Shown piece after piece: positions 9,423 to 19,159 of a stretch of 64,000 nt of DNA (within the stretch, counting starts at the first letter, position 1; every line of letters starts with the position of its first letter). This DNA is from Candidatus Fermentibacterota bacterium (lineage in GTDB: Bacteria; Fermentibacterota; Fermentibacteria; Fermentibacterales; JCC-6), in contig WJMA01000003.1 of the NCBI GenBank assembly GCA_014728175.1, positions 66,191 through 130,190 on the forward strand, read 5' to 3'. Position numbers and translations under genes: made by a program. Below the pieces are notes generated by a model. That model worked only from the letters and a program-made list of their open reading frames with translations, did no database searches and was not told the DNA's origin.

Positions 9423-9985
9423 AAAACCAGTGCCGCCACCGCTTTCAGCCAGGCCATCTGGCTGTCTTCCTCTCCGGCCAGCGCCGAGCCCAGGGGTGCG
9501 TAGTCGGCGCTGACGGTCAGGTCCACGAAGGTACCCGACGAGACCAGCACCCTGGCACCCAGCTCGATTCCCAGGAGACCGCCCCCGGTAGTGGTTGCCT
9601 CCACGTCGTCCTCGGTGCTCTCCCAGGCCAGCACGCCGCCCCCATGAAGACCCATGAAAGGCTCCAGTCCCCGGGGACCGGCAAACGGCCTATGCAGGGG
9701 AAAGATCCTGTATCCGATGCTGAGGGGTACGGCGTTTATGCCACCGTATCCGGGCCTGTCCGAACCGGCGGTCATGTAGCCGGTGCGGACGTTAATGCAG
9801 TCGCTCTGCCCCATGGGGGTCTCCAGGCCCAGCACTACGCTCGGGCCTACGGACAACTCGGTGTCCTCGGACGCCAACCCCGGCACCCAAATCCCCGCTC
9901 CCGCGGCGAGATCCAGCGCGCTTCTTTCTGAGGCCCCGGCCGTAGACAGGACCACCAGCAGAAGAACTATTCCCGCTCTGTGCAT
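9419..9985 (-). CDS. Small outer-membrane beta-barrel protein (OmpA/OmpW-like, about 8 strands)
   Basis: Signal peptide, alternating amphipathic strands, terminal Phe; GGAGG RBS. Confidence 0.65.
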   Translation of the reverse strand: MHRAGIVLLLVVLSTAGASERSALDLAAGAGIWVPGLASEDTELSVGPSVVLGLETPMGQSDCINVRTGYMTAGSDRPGYGGINAVPLSIGYRIFPLHRPFAGPRGLEPFMGLHGGGVLAWESTEDDVEATTTGGGLLGIELGARVLVSSGTFVDLTVSADYAPLGSALAGEEDSQMAWLKAVAALVF

Positions 9986-9996
9986 CAGAAACCTCC

Positions 9997-10521
9997 TCAG
10001 AACTCGATACCCTTTCTGGCCTGCAGGCCCTCCTCGGTGAAGTAGTGACGGAGCTCCCTCATCTCCGTGATCAGGTCGGCCGCGTCCAGGAGGACGGCCG
10101 GAGCGTACCTTCCGGTAACCACCACCTCAACCCCATTCGACCTTTGCTGCAGAACCTTCATAACCTCGCCCACCGAAAACAGATCCATATGCATGGCAAC
10201 GTTCAGCTCATCGGCTACCACCAGGTCGAAATCGCCCGAGCGCAGGACCTCCGACAGCCTGTCCAGGCCCCCCGCAGCCAACCGTTCGTCCTCTCCGGTG
10301 GGCTGTTTGCCCCTGGTTAATAGCTGCCCCCTTCCGTACGGTTCCATGACTATGCGATCGGGAAAGGCTTCCGTCAGGCAGGATTCGCTGTTGCTCCCGC
10401 CCTTCAGAAACTGTCCCACGTACACGCGCAAACCCGCACAGGCGGCCCTTACCGCCAGGCCGATCGAGGCGGTGGTCTTTCCCTTTCCCTCACCCGTGTA
10501 CACATGGAGCTTGCCCTCCAT
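9997..10521 (-). CDS. cobO: Cob(I)yrinic acid a,c-diamide adenosyltransferase
   Basis: 'YTGEGKGKTTASIGLAVRA', 'QFLKG', 'DE', 'TGRYAP', 'ARKGIEF'. Confidence 0.92.
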   Translation of the reverse strand: MEGKLHVYTGEGKGKTTASIGLAVRAACAGLRVYVGQFLKGGSNSESCLTEAFPDRIVMEPYGRGQLLTRGKQPTGEDERLAAGGLDRLSEVLRSGDFDLVVADELNVAMHMDLFSVGEVMKVLQQRSNGVEVVVTGRYAPAVLLDAADLITEMRELRHYFTEEGLQARKGIEF

Positions 10522-10536
10522 GGCCCCCTTCCTTCC

Positions 10537-11868
10537 TCAGTAGCTCTCGAAGTAGCGCTCCAGCTCCCAATGGTGGATAACCTGTATGTAGCGTTCCCAC
10601 TCCCTCTGCTTGTTCAGGAGGAAGTGCTCGTAGACGTGCTCACCCAGAGCATCGGCCATAACCTTGTCCCTCTTCAGGTATCTCAGGGCCTCCTGCAGAT
10701 TCTCCGGTAGATGCACTATCTTTCTTCTCCTCTTCTCCCTCTGGCTCATCTCGAAGATGTTCTTGTTTACCGGCGCCCGACAGTCCAGGCCCTTTTCGAT
10801 ACCGTCCAGCCCCGAGGCCAGAAGAACCGACAGGGCGAGGTAAGGGTTGCAGGAGGGGTCGGGCACCCGGACCTCACAGCGGCGCCCATCGCCACCGGAG
10901 GCCGGCACCCTGACCAGCGGTGACCGGTTCTTCTCCGACCATGCTACGTTTACCGGCGCCTCGTAACCCGGAACCAGCCGCTTGTACGAATTGACCAGGG
11001 GATTGGTCACTGCCACGAAGGCCCTGGCATGCTCCAGCAGGCCGGCTATGAACGAGCGGGCGGCGTCGGAAAGACCGTATTCACCGGAAGGATCGTCGAA
11101 GGCGTTCCTGCCGTCCAGGGTGTACAGCGACAGATGGGTATGCATGCCCGACCCCGGCAGTCCGGAGAGCGGCTTGGGCATGAAGGTGGCGTGAAGGCCG
11201 TGACCAAGGGCTATCTTCTTCACCACGAACCTGAAGGTCACGATGTTGTCCGCTGTGGTCACCGCGTCCTCGTACCGGAAGTCGATCTCGTGCTGGCCCG
11301 GGGCCACCTCGTGGTGGGCGGCCTCCACCTCGTATCCCATGGCCTCCAGAGCCAGAACTATATCCCTACGGGCCTCTTCTCCCATGTCTACCGGAGTAAG
11401 GTCGAAGTAACCTCCGGTGTCGTGCGTCTCCGGGCAGGTCTCACCCAGGCTGCTGCGGTGGAAGAGGAAGAACTCCGCCTCCGGTCCGGCCATCAACTTG
11501 AAGCCCATCTCCTCGGCCCTTGCAGTTATCCCCTTGAGAACGGTTCTCGGGCATCCCGGGAATGGGGAACCGTCGGGTCTTGTCACGTCGCAAATGAGTC
11601 TCCCGGCCTTTCCCCTGCCGGTATCCCAGGGAAAAACGGAGAACGTTCCCAGATCGGGCATCAGCAACATGTCGCTCTCCTCGATACGGGTGAAACCCTC
11701 TATGGAGGAGCCGTCGAACATCACTTTTCCCTGCAGGGCCTTCTCGAACTGGCTCTCCGGCACCTCGACGTTCTTTATGATGCCGTCGACGTCGGTGAAC
11801 TGCAGTCTCATGAAATGAACGTTCTCCCTGGAGCACCTTTCGAGGATCTCTTCGGCCATACCCTTCAT
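10537..11868 (-). CDS. glnA: Glutamine synthetase type I
   Basis: 'FDGSSIEGF', 'GPEAEFFLF', 'HHEVAPGQHEI', 'ATFMPKP', 'SYKRLVPGYEAP', 'NPYLA'. Confidence 0.95.
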   Translation of the reverse strand: MKGMAEEILERCSRENVHFMRLQFTDVDGIIKNVEVPESQFEKALQGKVMFDGSSIEGFTRIEESDMLLMPDLGTFSVFPWDTGRGKAGRLICDVTRPDGSPFPGCPRTVLKGITARAEEMGFKLMAGPEAEFFLFHRSSLGETCPETHDTGGYFDLTPVDMGEEARRDIVLALEAMGYEVEAAHHEVAPGQHEIDFRYEDAVTTADNIVTFRFVVKKIALGHGLHATFMPKPLSGLPGSGMHTHLSLYTLDGRNAFDDPSGEYGLSDAARSFIAGLLEHARAFVAVTNPLVNSYKRLVPGYEAPVNVAWSEKNRSPLVRVPASGGDGRRCEVRVPDPSCNPYLALSVLLASGLDGIEKGLDCRAPVNKNIFEMSQREKRRRKIVHLPENLQEALRYLKRDKVMADALGEHVYEHFLLNKQREWERYIQVIHHWELERYFESY

Positions 11869-11897
11869 TTTGCACCTCCCGTGTTTTCATTTCGCGT

Positions 11898-11926
11898 ATT
11901 CTATGCCGTTATTGTGCATAATGCAA
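11898..11926 (-). promoter_or_regulatory. Putative sigma70 promoter of glnA
   Basis: Minus strand TTGCAT-N17-TAGAAT in an AT-rich intergenic stretch, about 30 nt upstream of the start. Confidence 0.55.
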
Positions 11927-12097
11927 GTCTATTTTGTTGCATTTGCCACTTTTTGGTTGTCATTCCGCAACAAATCGATGAGCCATGCTTTCTCCCTTGC
12001 TGTACCCGAACCTCGTCTTTGGCTAGCTTCGGGCTGCACAGAATCTCCGACCGGACCCTTTGGAACCTGTCTTTGTTCGATTAGGGGGAGGAAAGCC

Positions 12098-13393
12098 GTT
12101 AAAAGGTTAAAAAGTTTAGGAACGTCCCCGGAGGTGGCGTGGTGCCTTTACGACTGGGCCAACTCCTCGTTCGTCACCACGATCACCGCGGCCGTGCTTC
12201 CGGTGTACTTCGCCCGGGTGGTATGCGGGGAGGCCGACGTTCATTGGTCGCTTCTGGGACGCCAGCTTACCAGCGGGGCCACCTCCCTGTGGGGATACGC
12301 CATGGCTCTGGCCGCCCTTCTGGTGGCGGTGCTCTCGCCCCTTTTCGGGGCCGCGGCCGACGCCGGCGGCAGAAGGAAGCTGCTCACCGGCTTACTGACC
12401 GGGTTGGGGGTGGCCTCCGCCGCGCTGCTCGCGTTTTTCGGGTCCGGTGACGTATGGCCGGTGCTTCTGCTTCTGGTAACCGGCCAGATAGGCTTCGCCG
12501 GGTCCAACGTCTTCTATAACTCTTTGCTCCTCAGCGCAGCCTCGCCCGAAAGGCGGGACGTGGTCTCCGCCAAAGGCTTCGCCTTCGGCTACCTGGGGGG
12601 CGGCATCCTGCTGGCCCTAAACCTGCTTCTGATAGCCAACCCCGGGATCCTGGGCCTGCAGACCGCCGATCAGGCCACCAGGGTGGCCTTCGCGTCGGTC
12701 GCCGTCTGGTGGGCGCTGTTCTCCATACCCCTGTTCCTCTTCGTTCCCGAAGGGCCCTCAGGGTCGGCCAGAAGCATCGGCCAGGCTCTCCGCGAGGGCC
12801 TGTCCACCCTGGCGGCCACTCTGCGGAACCTCTCCGGCCATGACAACGCCTTTCGGTTCCTTCTCTCCTACCTTCTATACAACGACGGCATCCAGACGGT
12901 GATCATCATGGCAACCATCTTCGGAAAGTCCGAGCTCGGTCTCGACGACGGGGATCTGATAGGCGCCCTTCTTCTTACTCAGGGGATAGGGGTTCCCGCC
13001 AGCGTGGCCTACGGAAGGCTGGCGCAGCGATTCGGGGCCCGGAGAATGCTGTTCGCGGGAATAACGGGCTACCTGGCCATAGTTCTGTACGCCTACCGGA
13101 TGCAAACGGCGACGGAGTTCTGGGTGCTGGCGGGGGCGGTGGGCCTTCTGCAGGGAGGAGTCCAGGCGGTAAGCAGGAGCTACTTCGCCGGAATGATCCC
13201 CAGAAGGCTCTCCGCGGAGTACTTCGGCTTCTTCTCCATCTCCACCAGGTTTGCCAGCATCTTCGGTCCCCTTATCTTCGCCTTGATCGCGGATATTACC
13301 GACAGCGCAAGGGGGTCCATCCTGGCGCTGGCCGTCTTCTTCCTCGCAGGAGGCGCGCTTCTCTCGACGGTAAGGGAGGAAAGGAAACGATGA
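12098..13393 (+). CDS. MFS transporter, UMF1/Atg22 family (start uncertain)
   Basis: 'WCLYDWANS', 'GYLGG', 'YNDGIQT', 'QAVSRS', 'EYFGFF', 'GPLIF'. Strong GGGGGAGG RBS precedes an in-frame GTT at 12098; alternative ATG at 11978. Confidence 0.85.
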   Translation, partial: VKRLKSLGTSPEVAWCLYDWANSSFVTTITAAVLPVYFARVVCGEADVHWSLLGRQLTSGATSLWGYAMALAALLVAVLSPLFGAAADAGGRRKLLTGLLTGLGVASAALLAFFGSGDVWPVLLLLVTGQIGFAGSNVFYNSLLLSAASPERRDVVSAKGFAFGYLGGGILLALNLLLIANPGILGLQTADQATRVAFASVAVWWALFSIPLFLFVPEGPSGSARSIGQALREGLSTLAATLRNLSGHDNAFRFLLSYLLYNDGIQTVIIMATIFGKSELGLDDGDLIGALLLTQGIGVPASVAYGRLAQRFGARRMLFAGITGYLAIVLYAYRMQTATEFWVLAGAVGLLQGGVQAVSRSYFAGMIPRRLSAEYFGFFSISTRFASIFGPLIFALIADITDSARGSILALAVFFLAGGALLSTVREERKR

Positions 13394-14223
13394 TACCTCT
13401 AGCCGCGGCAGCTCTGGTGTCGCTCCTGCTGGAGGAGCTGCTGCAAAGGCATTACCACATCCGGCCCGAAGGCATCACCTGGAGATTCGATCCGGAGGCT
13501 CCCGAAGCGGTCAAACACAAGTATCGCTCCAGCGTCCACAAGGCCGGCCTGCTGAGGGTCCTCCAGCTGCTGTTCGTGGGGTCCATGTTCTCGGTATCGG
13601 CCCAGAAGCTCGGCCAGACCTTCTTCAGCAGCGGGCTGGGACAGCTGGTCGGCCTTCTGCTTCTGCTTCAGGTGGTCAGGATGATGGGCAACCGTCTCCT
13701 GGGACACTGGTTCGTCACCGCGACCCTCATGTGGCTACAGGTAGTGCTGATTCCGGTGACCATCCTGTTGTACGCCTCCACCCCGGATCTGGTGGCGACC
13801 GCCGAGACCGAGCTCCTGCTCTGGGCAGCAGGCATTACCGTCCTGCTGGGGAACCTCGCCCTCTCCGTGAGCTTCTCCTTCGCGGTGGCTTTCGTGCTGC
13901 GTCTCAGGCTCAACCGGAGGCACGACCTCTTCGGCCGGCTTCCTCCGCTGGCGGGCTCGGAGTCCTGGGTAAGGCGTACAGGTTTCGTGGCACTGATTCT
14001 CTTCGGGGTCTCCGCCGCCTGCATGATCGTACCCGCAGTGGGATCGGGCACCGGTGCGCTTACCCTGCTGCTGGAGGGCTCTCTTCTGGTCCTTCTGGGA
14101 ACGGCGCAGTACATCTTCCGCTTAGTACCGAAGAGCTACCATACCCCGGCCAACGTGCTCACCGGTCTGGCCTTCGTCGCGGTGATTCTCCTCACTGCTC
14201 TGGAGGGCGCTTTCTTCGGCTGA
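13390..14223 (+). CDS. Polytopic membrane protein, weak resemblance to CcsA/YpjD cytochrome c assembly family
   Basis: ATGA overlap; about 8 TM segments; 'GRLPPLAGSE' loop resembles the family LPPL motif. Confidence 0.5.
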   Translation: MIPLAAAALVSLLLEELLQRHYHIRPEGITWRFDPEAPEAVKHKYRSSVHKAGLLRVLQLLFVGSMFSVSAQKLGQTFFSSGLGQLVGLLLLLQVVRMMGNRLLGHWFVTATLMWLQVVLIPVTILLYASTPDLVATAETELLLWAAGITVLLGNLALSVSFSFAVAFVLRLRLNRRHDLFGRLPPLAGSESWVRRTGFVALILFGVSAACMIVPAVGSGTGALTLLLEGSLLVLLGTAQYIFRLVPKSYHTPANVLTGLAFVAVILLTALEGAFFG

Positions 14224-14321
14224 CCCGGCTTCCTTCATACCAGGTGAACATTGTTTTATCAGCGTAAATCTCCCTGTGAAAGGTTGGCCGCATCCGCGGC
14301 CCTTCTCCGGTGGGAACTGCC

Positions 14322-15422
14322 ATGCTTGAGTCGATCGAGATCTTCTCCAGGCTGCATGCGAAGGCCCGGGAAGACCCCCTTCCATTGGACGACAGCTCGC
14401 GGTTGGTTTTCCTCAGCGACTGCCACCGGGGCAACGGCGGCTGGGGGGACGACTTCGCCCACAATCGCCTGATCTACCTGCACGCTCTGGAATGGTACAG
14501 GCGCAACGGGTACACCCTGGTCGAGGTCGGGGATGGCGAGGAGCTCTGGGAGAACACCTCGTTCGCCGCCATACATTGGGCCTACAGTGAGATATACGTG
14601 CGGCTCGGATACCTCCACTCCGAGGGCAGGTTCGTCCTGATCTGGGGCAACCACAACAACCGGTGGCGTGATCCGGAGAAGTTGCGCAGGGAGCTGATGC
14701 CGGCGATGTGGATGTACTTCGACGGTCGTCCCAGTCCGCTTCTGGAGCACATCGAGGCTGCTGAGCTCCACAGGATCGCCAAGGGTACCGCCGAGCCGCC
14801 CGACCTGCCCGTCTTCCGCCCGCTGGCGACCAGGGAGGCGGTGGTTCTAAGGCACGCCTCGTCCGGGGGCGAGATACTGGTGACCCACGGGCACCAGGGC
14901 GAGCTCTGGAGCCACCGGATGTGGCCCATGAGCAGGTTCCTGGTCAGGCGGGTCTGGCGCATGCTCCAGAACGCAGGTCTCCGGCCCAGGATCACACCCG
15001 CGGGCAACTACGCTTTGATGAAAAGGGTGGAAAGCCGGCTCAACCTTTGGTGCAGGCTGACCGGAATTCCCCTGATAGCGGGGCATACCCACCAATCGGA
15101 GTTCCCGGCCCCCGACGCCACCCCCTACTTCAACTGCGGTAGCTGTGTCCACCCCAGATGCATAACCGCCATAGAGATAAGCGAGGGAAAGATCACCCTG
15201 GTCAAATGGCACGTCTCAACTCCGGTGGCCGAGGGTAAGGCGGTCGGGGCCAGCCTGGAGATGATGCGCAACGTCCTACAGGGACCGGTCGAGCTCTCCC
15301 TGTACCTGGGCAGGCGGCCGGATGGGGGCCGAAAGCGCAGAAAGCTGAGAAAGATAGAAGCGCCGGTCATGGGGCAGAGGGTCAGCGCCGCGGACAGAGA
15401 GGTCTCTCTAGTCGAGAAGTAG
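14322..15422 (+). CDS. Calcineurin-like metallophosphoesterase
   Basis: Motifs SDCH, GDGEE, GNHN, THGH, GHTH. Confidence 0.8.
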   Translation: MLESIEIFSRLHAKAREDPLPLDDSSRLVFLSDCHRGNGGWGDDFAHNRLIYLHALEWYRRNGYTLVEVGDGEELWENTSFAAIHWAYSEIYVRLGYLHSEGRFVLIWGNHNNRWRDPEKLRRELMPAMWMYFDGRPSPLLEHIEAAELHRIAKGTAEPPDLPVFRPLATREAVVLRHASSGGEILVTHGHQGELWSHRMWPMSRFLVRRVWRMLQNAGLRPRITPAGNYALMKRVESRLNLWCRLTGIPLIAGHTHQSEFPAPDATPYFNCGSCVHPRCITAIEISEGKITLVKWHVSTPVAEGKAVGASLEMMRNVLQGPVELSLYLGRRPDGGRKRRKLRKIEAPVMGQRVSAADREVSLVEK

Positions 15423-16061
15423 CTTGGATAGCTCCTCTACGCTGTCTACGGTATAGGTGGGGTCGGCGTTTCTCAGCTCCTCCTGCGAGCCGTAGCCGTA
15501 GCTGACCGCTATGGAGTCTATCGAATGATCATGGGCCGCCGAAACGTCCTGCTCCCGGTCTCCCACGATGACCAGGCTCTTCTGTTTCAGCACCGGGAGC
15601 TCGTCCAGCACGGCTCCCACCAGCTCGGACTTCCTGGCCAGAGTTCTTCCCAGGCTGCTTCCGCGGGTCACCGCGAAGAACCTGAATATCCCGAACTGGC
15701 GAAGAACCTGGTTCAGGTAGGTTGTATGCCTGGAGCTGAGCGCCACCAAGCCGACTCTGTTTCCCTGCAGATTCCCCAGCAACTCCTCGATGCCGTCGTA
15801 CAAATGGTTCTCCAGGATTCCGTACTCCAGGTAGTGCTGGCGGTAGCGCTCCTCGGCCTTGAGCGCCTCCAGCTCGTCGAGGTTGTAATACAACCTGAAG
15901 GCGTCCTGCAGCGGCGGACCTATGAGCCTTCTCAACCTGTACGGACTCTCTTCGTTAACGCCCACCTGGGCCAGGGCGTGCTGCACGGCCTGCACGGCCC
16001 CGGGCCCGGGGTCCACCAGCGTTCCCTCCAAGTCCAGGAAGACGATCTCGTACTTAGGCAA
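15408..16061 (-). CDS. HAD-IA hydrolase (phosphoglycolate phosphatase/5'-nucleotidase-like)
   Basis: 'FLDLEGTLVD', 'IGPPL', 'VGDREQD', 'YGYGS..EL'; TTG 16061 chosen as the likely start. Confidence 0.8.
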   Translation of the reverse strand: MPKYEIVFLDLEGTLVDPGPGAVQAVQHALAQVGVNEESPYRLRRLIGPPLQDAFRLYYNLDELEALKAEERYRQHYLEYGILENHLYDGIEELLGNLQGNRVGLVALSSRHTTYLNQVLRQFGIFRFFAVTRGSSLGRTLARKSELVGAVLDELPVLKQKSLVIVGDREQDVSAAHDHSIDSIAVSYGYGSQEELRNADPTYTVDSVEELSKLLLD

Positions 16062-16213
16062 CGGCCGAACCGCCCCTCCGATATCGGGGATCTGCCCCTC
16101 ACTGGCAGCGAATAACCACCGGAACCCCATTTTACGCAAGGCAGAGGCTTTCATCAAGGGCGGAAATCCCCACATCATCGCCCCCGGCCCACCCCCGAGG
16201 GCCGCGGGAACCG

Positions 16214-16250
16214 TTGACAGCGTGGAAAAACGTTATTAGTTAAGCCTAAT
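16214..16250 (+). promoter_or_regulatory. Promoter with overlapping DtxR/SirR/MntR-type operator
   Basis: TTGACA at 16214-16219; palindrome ATTAG-TTAAGC-CTAAT at 16235-16250 over the -10 region, resembling TTAGGTTAACCTAA-type boxes, directly upstream of a DtxR-family gene. Confidence 0.7.
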
Positions 16251-16262
16251 TGGGGGTGCTCG

Positions 16263-16994
16263 ATGAGACAGGTCGGTGCGCTATCCGAGAGCCTGGAAGA
16301 CTACCTGGAAACCATATACAACCTCCAGGTGGAGAACGGAGCCGCGAAGGTAAGCGACATCGCGGATGCGCGTGGGGTCAGCATGGCCAGCGTCTGCCAA
16401 GCGCTCAAGCGTTTGGACCGGGAGGGCCTGGTCGACTACTCGGCCCGGGAGTCGCTGGAGCTCACTCCCGAGGGCCGCCGCCTGGCCCAGAAGATATCAT
16501 CCAGACACAGGTTCGTTTTCCGCTTCCTCTCCCACATCCTGGGAGTGGACAAAGATGTGGCGGAGAAAGACGCCTGCTCCCTGGAGCACCACCTTAGCAA
16601 GGAGACCCTCTCCCATCTGGTCGCCTTCACCCAGTTCGCCGAGAGCGGGTTCTGCGGCGAGGAGAAGATCATGGACTCCTACCGCCGTTCCGAGAGAACC
16701 GGCCAGGTCCGGGGCCCCCGTAGGCGTCCCCGCCGGAGACAAGGCAGACCCCGACACCGGGAGGGTCCCTTCCTGTCGGAGCTGAAACCGGGCAGGAGGG
16801 CCAGGATAATGCACCTCCACGCCTCCTGTGCCATTCGCCAGAGGCTGGTGGACATGGGTCTTCTGCCGGGGGTCGAGGTGGAGATGATCAGGGTGGCTCC
16901 CCTGGGTGATCCCGTGGAGGTGAAGATCAGGGACCTGTCGCTGTCTCTTCGTAAGAGCGAGGCGGCGGCGATCGAGGTGGAACCTCTGCCTTGA
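16263..16994 (+). CDS. DtxR/MntR-family metal-dependent repressor with C-terminal FeoA domain
   Basis: 'SLEDYLETIY', 'SRHR', 'DACSLEHHLS'; FeoA 'RLVDMGLLPG...APLGDPVEV'. Confidence 0.9.
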   Translation: MRQVGALSESLEDYLETIYNLQVENGAAKVSDIADARGVSMASVCQALKRLDREGLVDYSARESLELTPEGRRLAQKISSRHRFVFRFLSHILGVDKDVAEKDACSLEHHLSKETLSHLVAFTQFAESGFCGEEKIMDSYRRSERTGQVRGPRRRPRRRQGRPRHREGPFLSELKPGRRARIMHLHASCAIRQRLVDMGLLPGVEVEMIRVAPLGDPVEVKIRDLSLSLRKSEAAAIEVEPLP

Positions 16995-19159
16995 AGCGCA
17001 TCAGAGTCGCCCTTGCCGGCAATCCCAACGTAGGCAAGACCTCGGTATTCAACCAGCTTACCAGATCAAGCCAACACGTCGGCAACTATCCCGGCGTCAC
17101 CGTGGAGACCATTTCCGGCAGTTGCAGGTACGGCGACTACGAGCTGGACTTCGTCGACCTTCCCGGCACCTACAGCCTCACCGCTCACTCCGAGGACGAG
17201 ATGGAGGCTCGGAGGATACTTCTGTACAACCCTCCCGACGTGGTCGTTCACGTGGTCGACGCAACCGGTCTGGCCAGGAATCTCTACCTTACGGTCCAGC
17301 TTATGGAGCTCCGCATGGGCCTGGTGGTGGCTCTGAACATGAGCGACGAGGCCGAGGAAAAGGGTACGATGCCCGACATCGACCTCCTCTCGGAAGTGAT
17401 GGGGGTGGACATCGTCCCCACTATCGGTCACCGGGGAACCGGCATAGACGAGCTTAAAAGCTCCATAGTGAGTTGCTACGAGTCCGGGGACAGCCCCAGG
17501 AGGATAAGCTACGGAAGAGACATAGACCGCTCCATCGCTCCCATATCCAGCATCCTGGCCGAGGCCGGAGATCTGTTCTTCCCGCCCAGATACGCCGCCG
17601 CGAAGCTCCTGGAGAACGACGAAGAGGTGAGGTCCACCCTGGAGGAGGAGCTGCCCCGGAACGTCTTCGCGGAGGTCAGTCGGATGGCCGACGGGGAGAG
17701 GGAGAGGCTGGAGGACCTCTTCGGTGACGATCTCGCGGTGGTCATGGCCGAGCAGCGGCACGGGATAGCTTCCGGGGCCGCCGAGGAGGCCACCATGGAC
17801 TCCAGGGCCAGATCCACCGGAGCGGATCTCACCCGGGAGATAGACAACGTCCTGCTGAGTAGAGTACTGGGGCTGCCCATATTCGGCCTGGCCATATACC
17901 TGACCTTCTGGCTCACGTTCACCGTCGGCGCTCCCTTCTCCTCGCTTCTGGAGTACCTCTTCGGCCAACTGGGAGGTCTGGTGGAGTCCCTGATAGCCCC
18001 GGGCTTGCTCAGATCGCTGCTGGTAGACGGAGTGATCGCCGGGGTGGGGGGGGTGCTGGTCTTCGTGCCCAACATCGCGCTTCTGTTCCTGGTAATATCC
18101 GTCATGGAGGATACCGGCTACATGGCCCGGGCCGCCTTCCTTATGGACCGGTTCATGCACAGGATAGGGCTGCACGGGCAGAGCTTCATCCCCATGCTGA
18201 TAGGCTTCGGTTGCACCGTCCCGGCCATCATGGCCACCAGGGTGCTCAACGACCGAAGGGACCGTCTGGTAACCATGATGGTTCTGCCCCTCATGTCCTG
18301 CAGCGCCAGGCTTCCGATCTATCTGCTGGTAGCGGGCGCCTTCTTCCCCGACCACAGAGCGCTCTCCCTGTTGATCATATATCTGGTGGGCATCCTTTTG
18401 GCGGTGGGCCTGGCCAAGCTGATGAGGGTATCCGTAATGAAGGGCGAGAACTCCCCCTTCGTCATGGAGCTTCCCCCGTATCGGATACCCACCTTCAGGG
18501 GCCTCTTCAGCCACGTATGGTTACGGGTAAGGCACTACCTGAGAAAGGCGGGAACGGTCATCCTGGCCTTCTCGGTGCTCCTCTGGCTGGCCAGCTCCTT
18601 CCCGGTGCCCGACAGCTACGCCGTGGACGAGATGCTCCGGTCCGGCCGTCTGGCCCCCGCCCGGCCCGGAGAGGCGGGAACCGTGGAGGCCCTGGATCTG
18701 GAGCGGTCGACGGAGGTCAGTGGGACCATATCCAGCCCCGAGATAACAGCGGCCAGGAAGGCCCAGGGGATAGAGACATCCCTGGCCGGCAGGACGGGAC
18801 ACCTGATAGAGCCTCTGCTTAAGCCCGCGGGCCTGGACTGGAGGATAGGAACCGCTCTGATAGGCGCCCTGGGCGCAAAGGAGCTATTCGTATCCCAGCT
18901 GAGCATACTCTACTCCATGGGAGGGTCCGAGCGGGGAACCGAGAGCCTGAGGGAGGTCATGCGAAGGCGCTACTCACCCTACACCGGGATATCGATAGCC
19001 TTCTTCATCCTCATCATGGCCCCCTGCATAGCCACCCTGGCGGTGGTGCGCAAGGAGACCGGCAGCTGGGCGTGGGCGCTGGGTCAGTTCGTCGGCCTCA
19101 CTCTGTTGGCCTACCTCGTATCCCTGGCCTTCTACCAGATATCCAGGCTTTTCGCATGA
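16991..19159 (+). CDS. feoB: Ferrous iron transport protein B
   Basis: 'GNPNVGKT', 'GNYPGVTVE', 'DLPGTYSL', 'GFGCTVPA', 'MSCSARLP', 'MELPPY'. Confidence 0.95.
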   Translation: MKRIRVALAGNPNVGKTSVFNQLTRSSQHVGNYPGVTVETISGSCRYGDYELDFVDLPGTYSLTAHSEDEMEARRILLYNPPDVVVHVVDATGLARNLYLTVQLMELRMGLVVALNMSDEAEEKGTMPDIDLLSEVMGVDIVPTIGHRGTGIDELKSSIVSCYESGDSPRRISYGRDIDRSIAPISSILAEAGDLFFPPRYAAAKLLENDEEVRSTLEEELPRNVFAEVSRMADGERERLEDLFGDDLAVVMAEQRHGIASGAAEEATMDSRARSTGADLTREIDNVLLSRVLGLPIFGLAIYLTFWLTFTVGAPFSSLLEYLFGQLGGLVESLIAPGLLRSLLVDGVIAGVGGVLVFVPNIALLFLVISVMEDTGYMARAAFLMDRFMHRIGLHGQSFIPMLIGFGCTVPAIMATRVLNDRRDRLVTMMVLPLMSCSARLPIYLLVAGAFFPDHRALSLLIIYLVGILLAVGLAKLMRVSVMKGENSPFVMELPPYRIPTFRGLFSHVWLRVRHYLRKAGTVILAFSVLLWLASSFPVPDSYAVDEMLRSGRLAPARPGEAGTVEALDLERSTEVSGTISSPEITAARKAQGIETSLAGRTGHLIEPLLKPAGLDWRIGTALIGALGAKELFVSQLSILYSMGGSERGTESLREVMRRRYSPYTGISIAFFILIMAPCIATLAVVRKETGSWAWALGQFVGLTLLAYLVSLAFYQISRLFA

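Noticed and set aside
9997-10536. Cobalamin riboswitch near cobO
   Set aside because: Only 15 nt separate glnA and cobO, and no B12-box is visible.
11869-11990. Glutamine (glnA-motif) riboswitch or sigma54 promoter upstream of glnA
   Set aside because: No match to the glnA RNA motif or to GG-N10-GC spacing with the TGGCAC/TTGC consensus; the predicted leader is only about 25 nt.
15408-16061. HAD motif I reads DLEGT instead of DxDGT, suggesting a pseudoenzyme
   Set aside because: The nucleophilic Asp and the other motifs are intact; DxE variants occur in active HADs.
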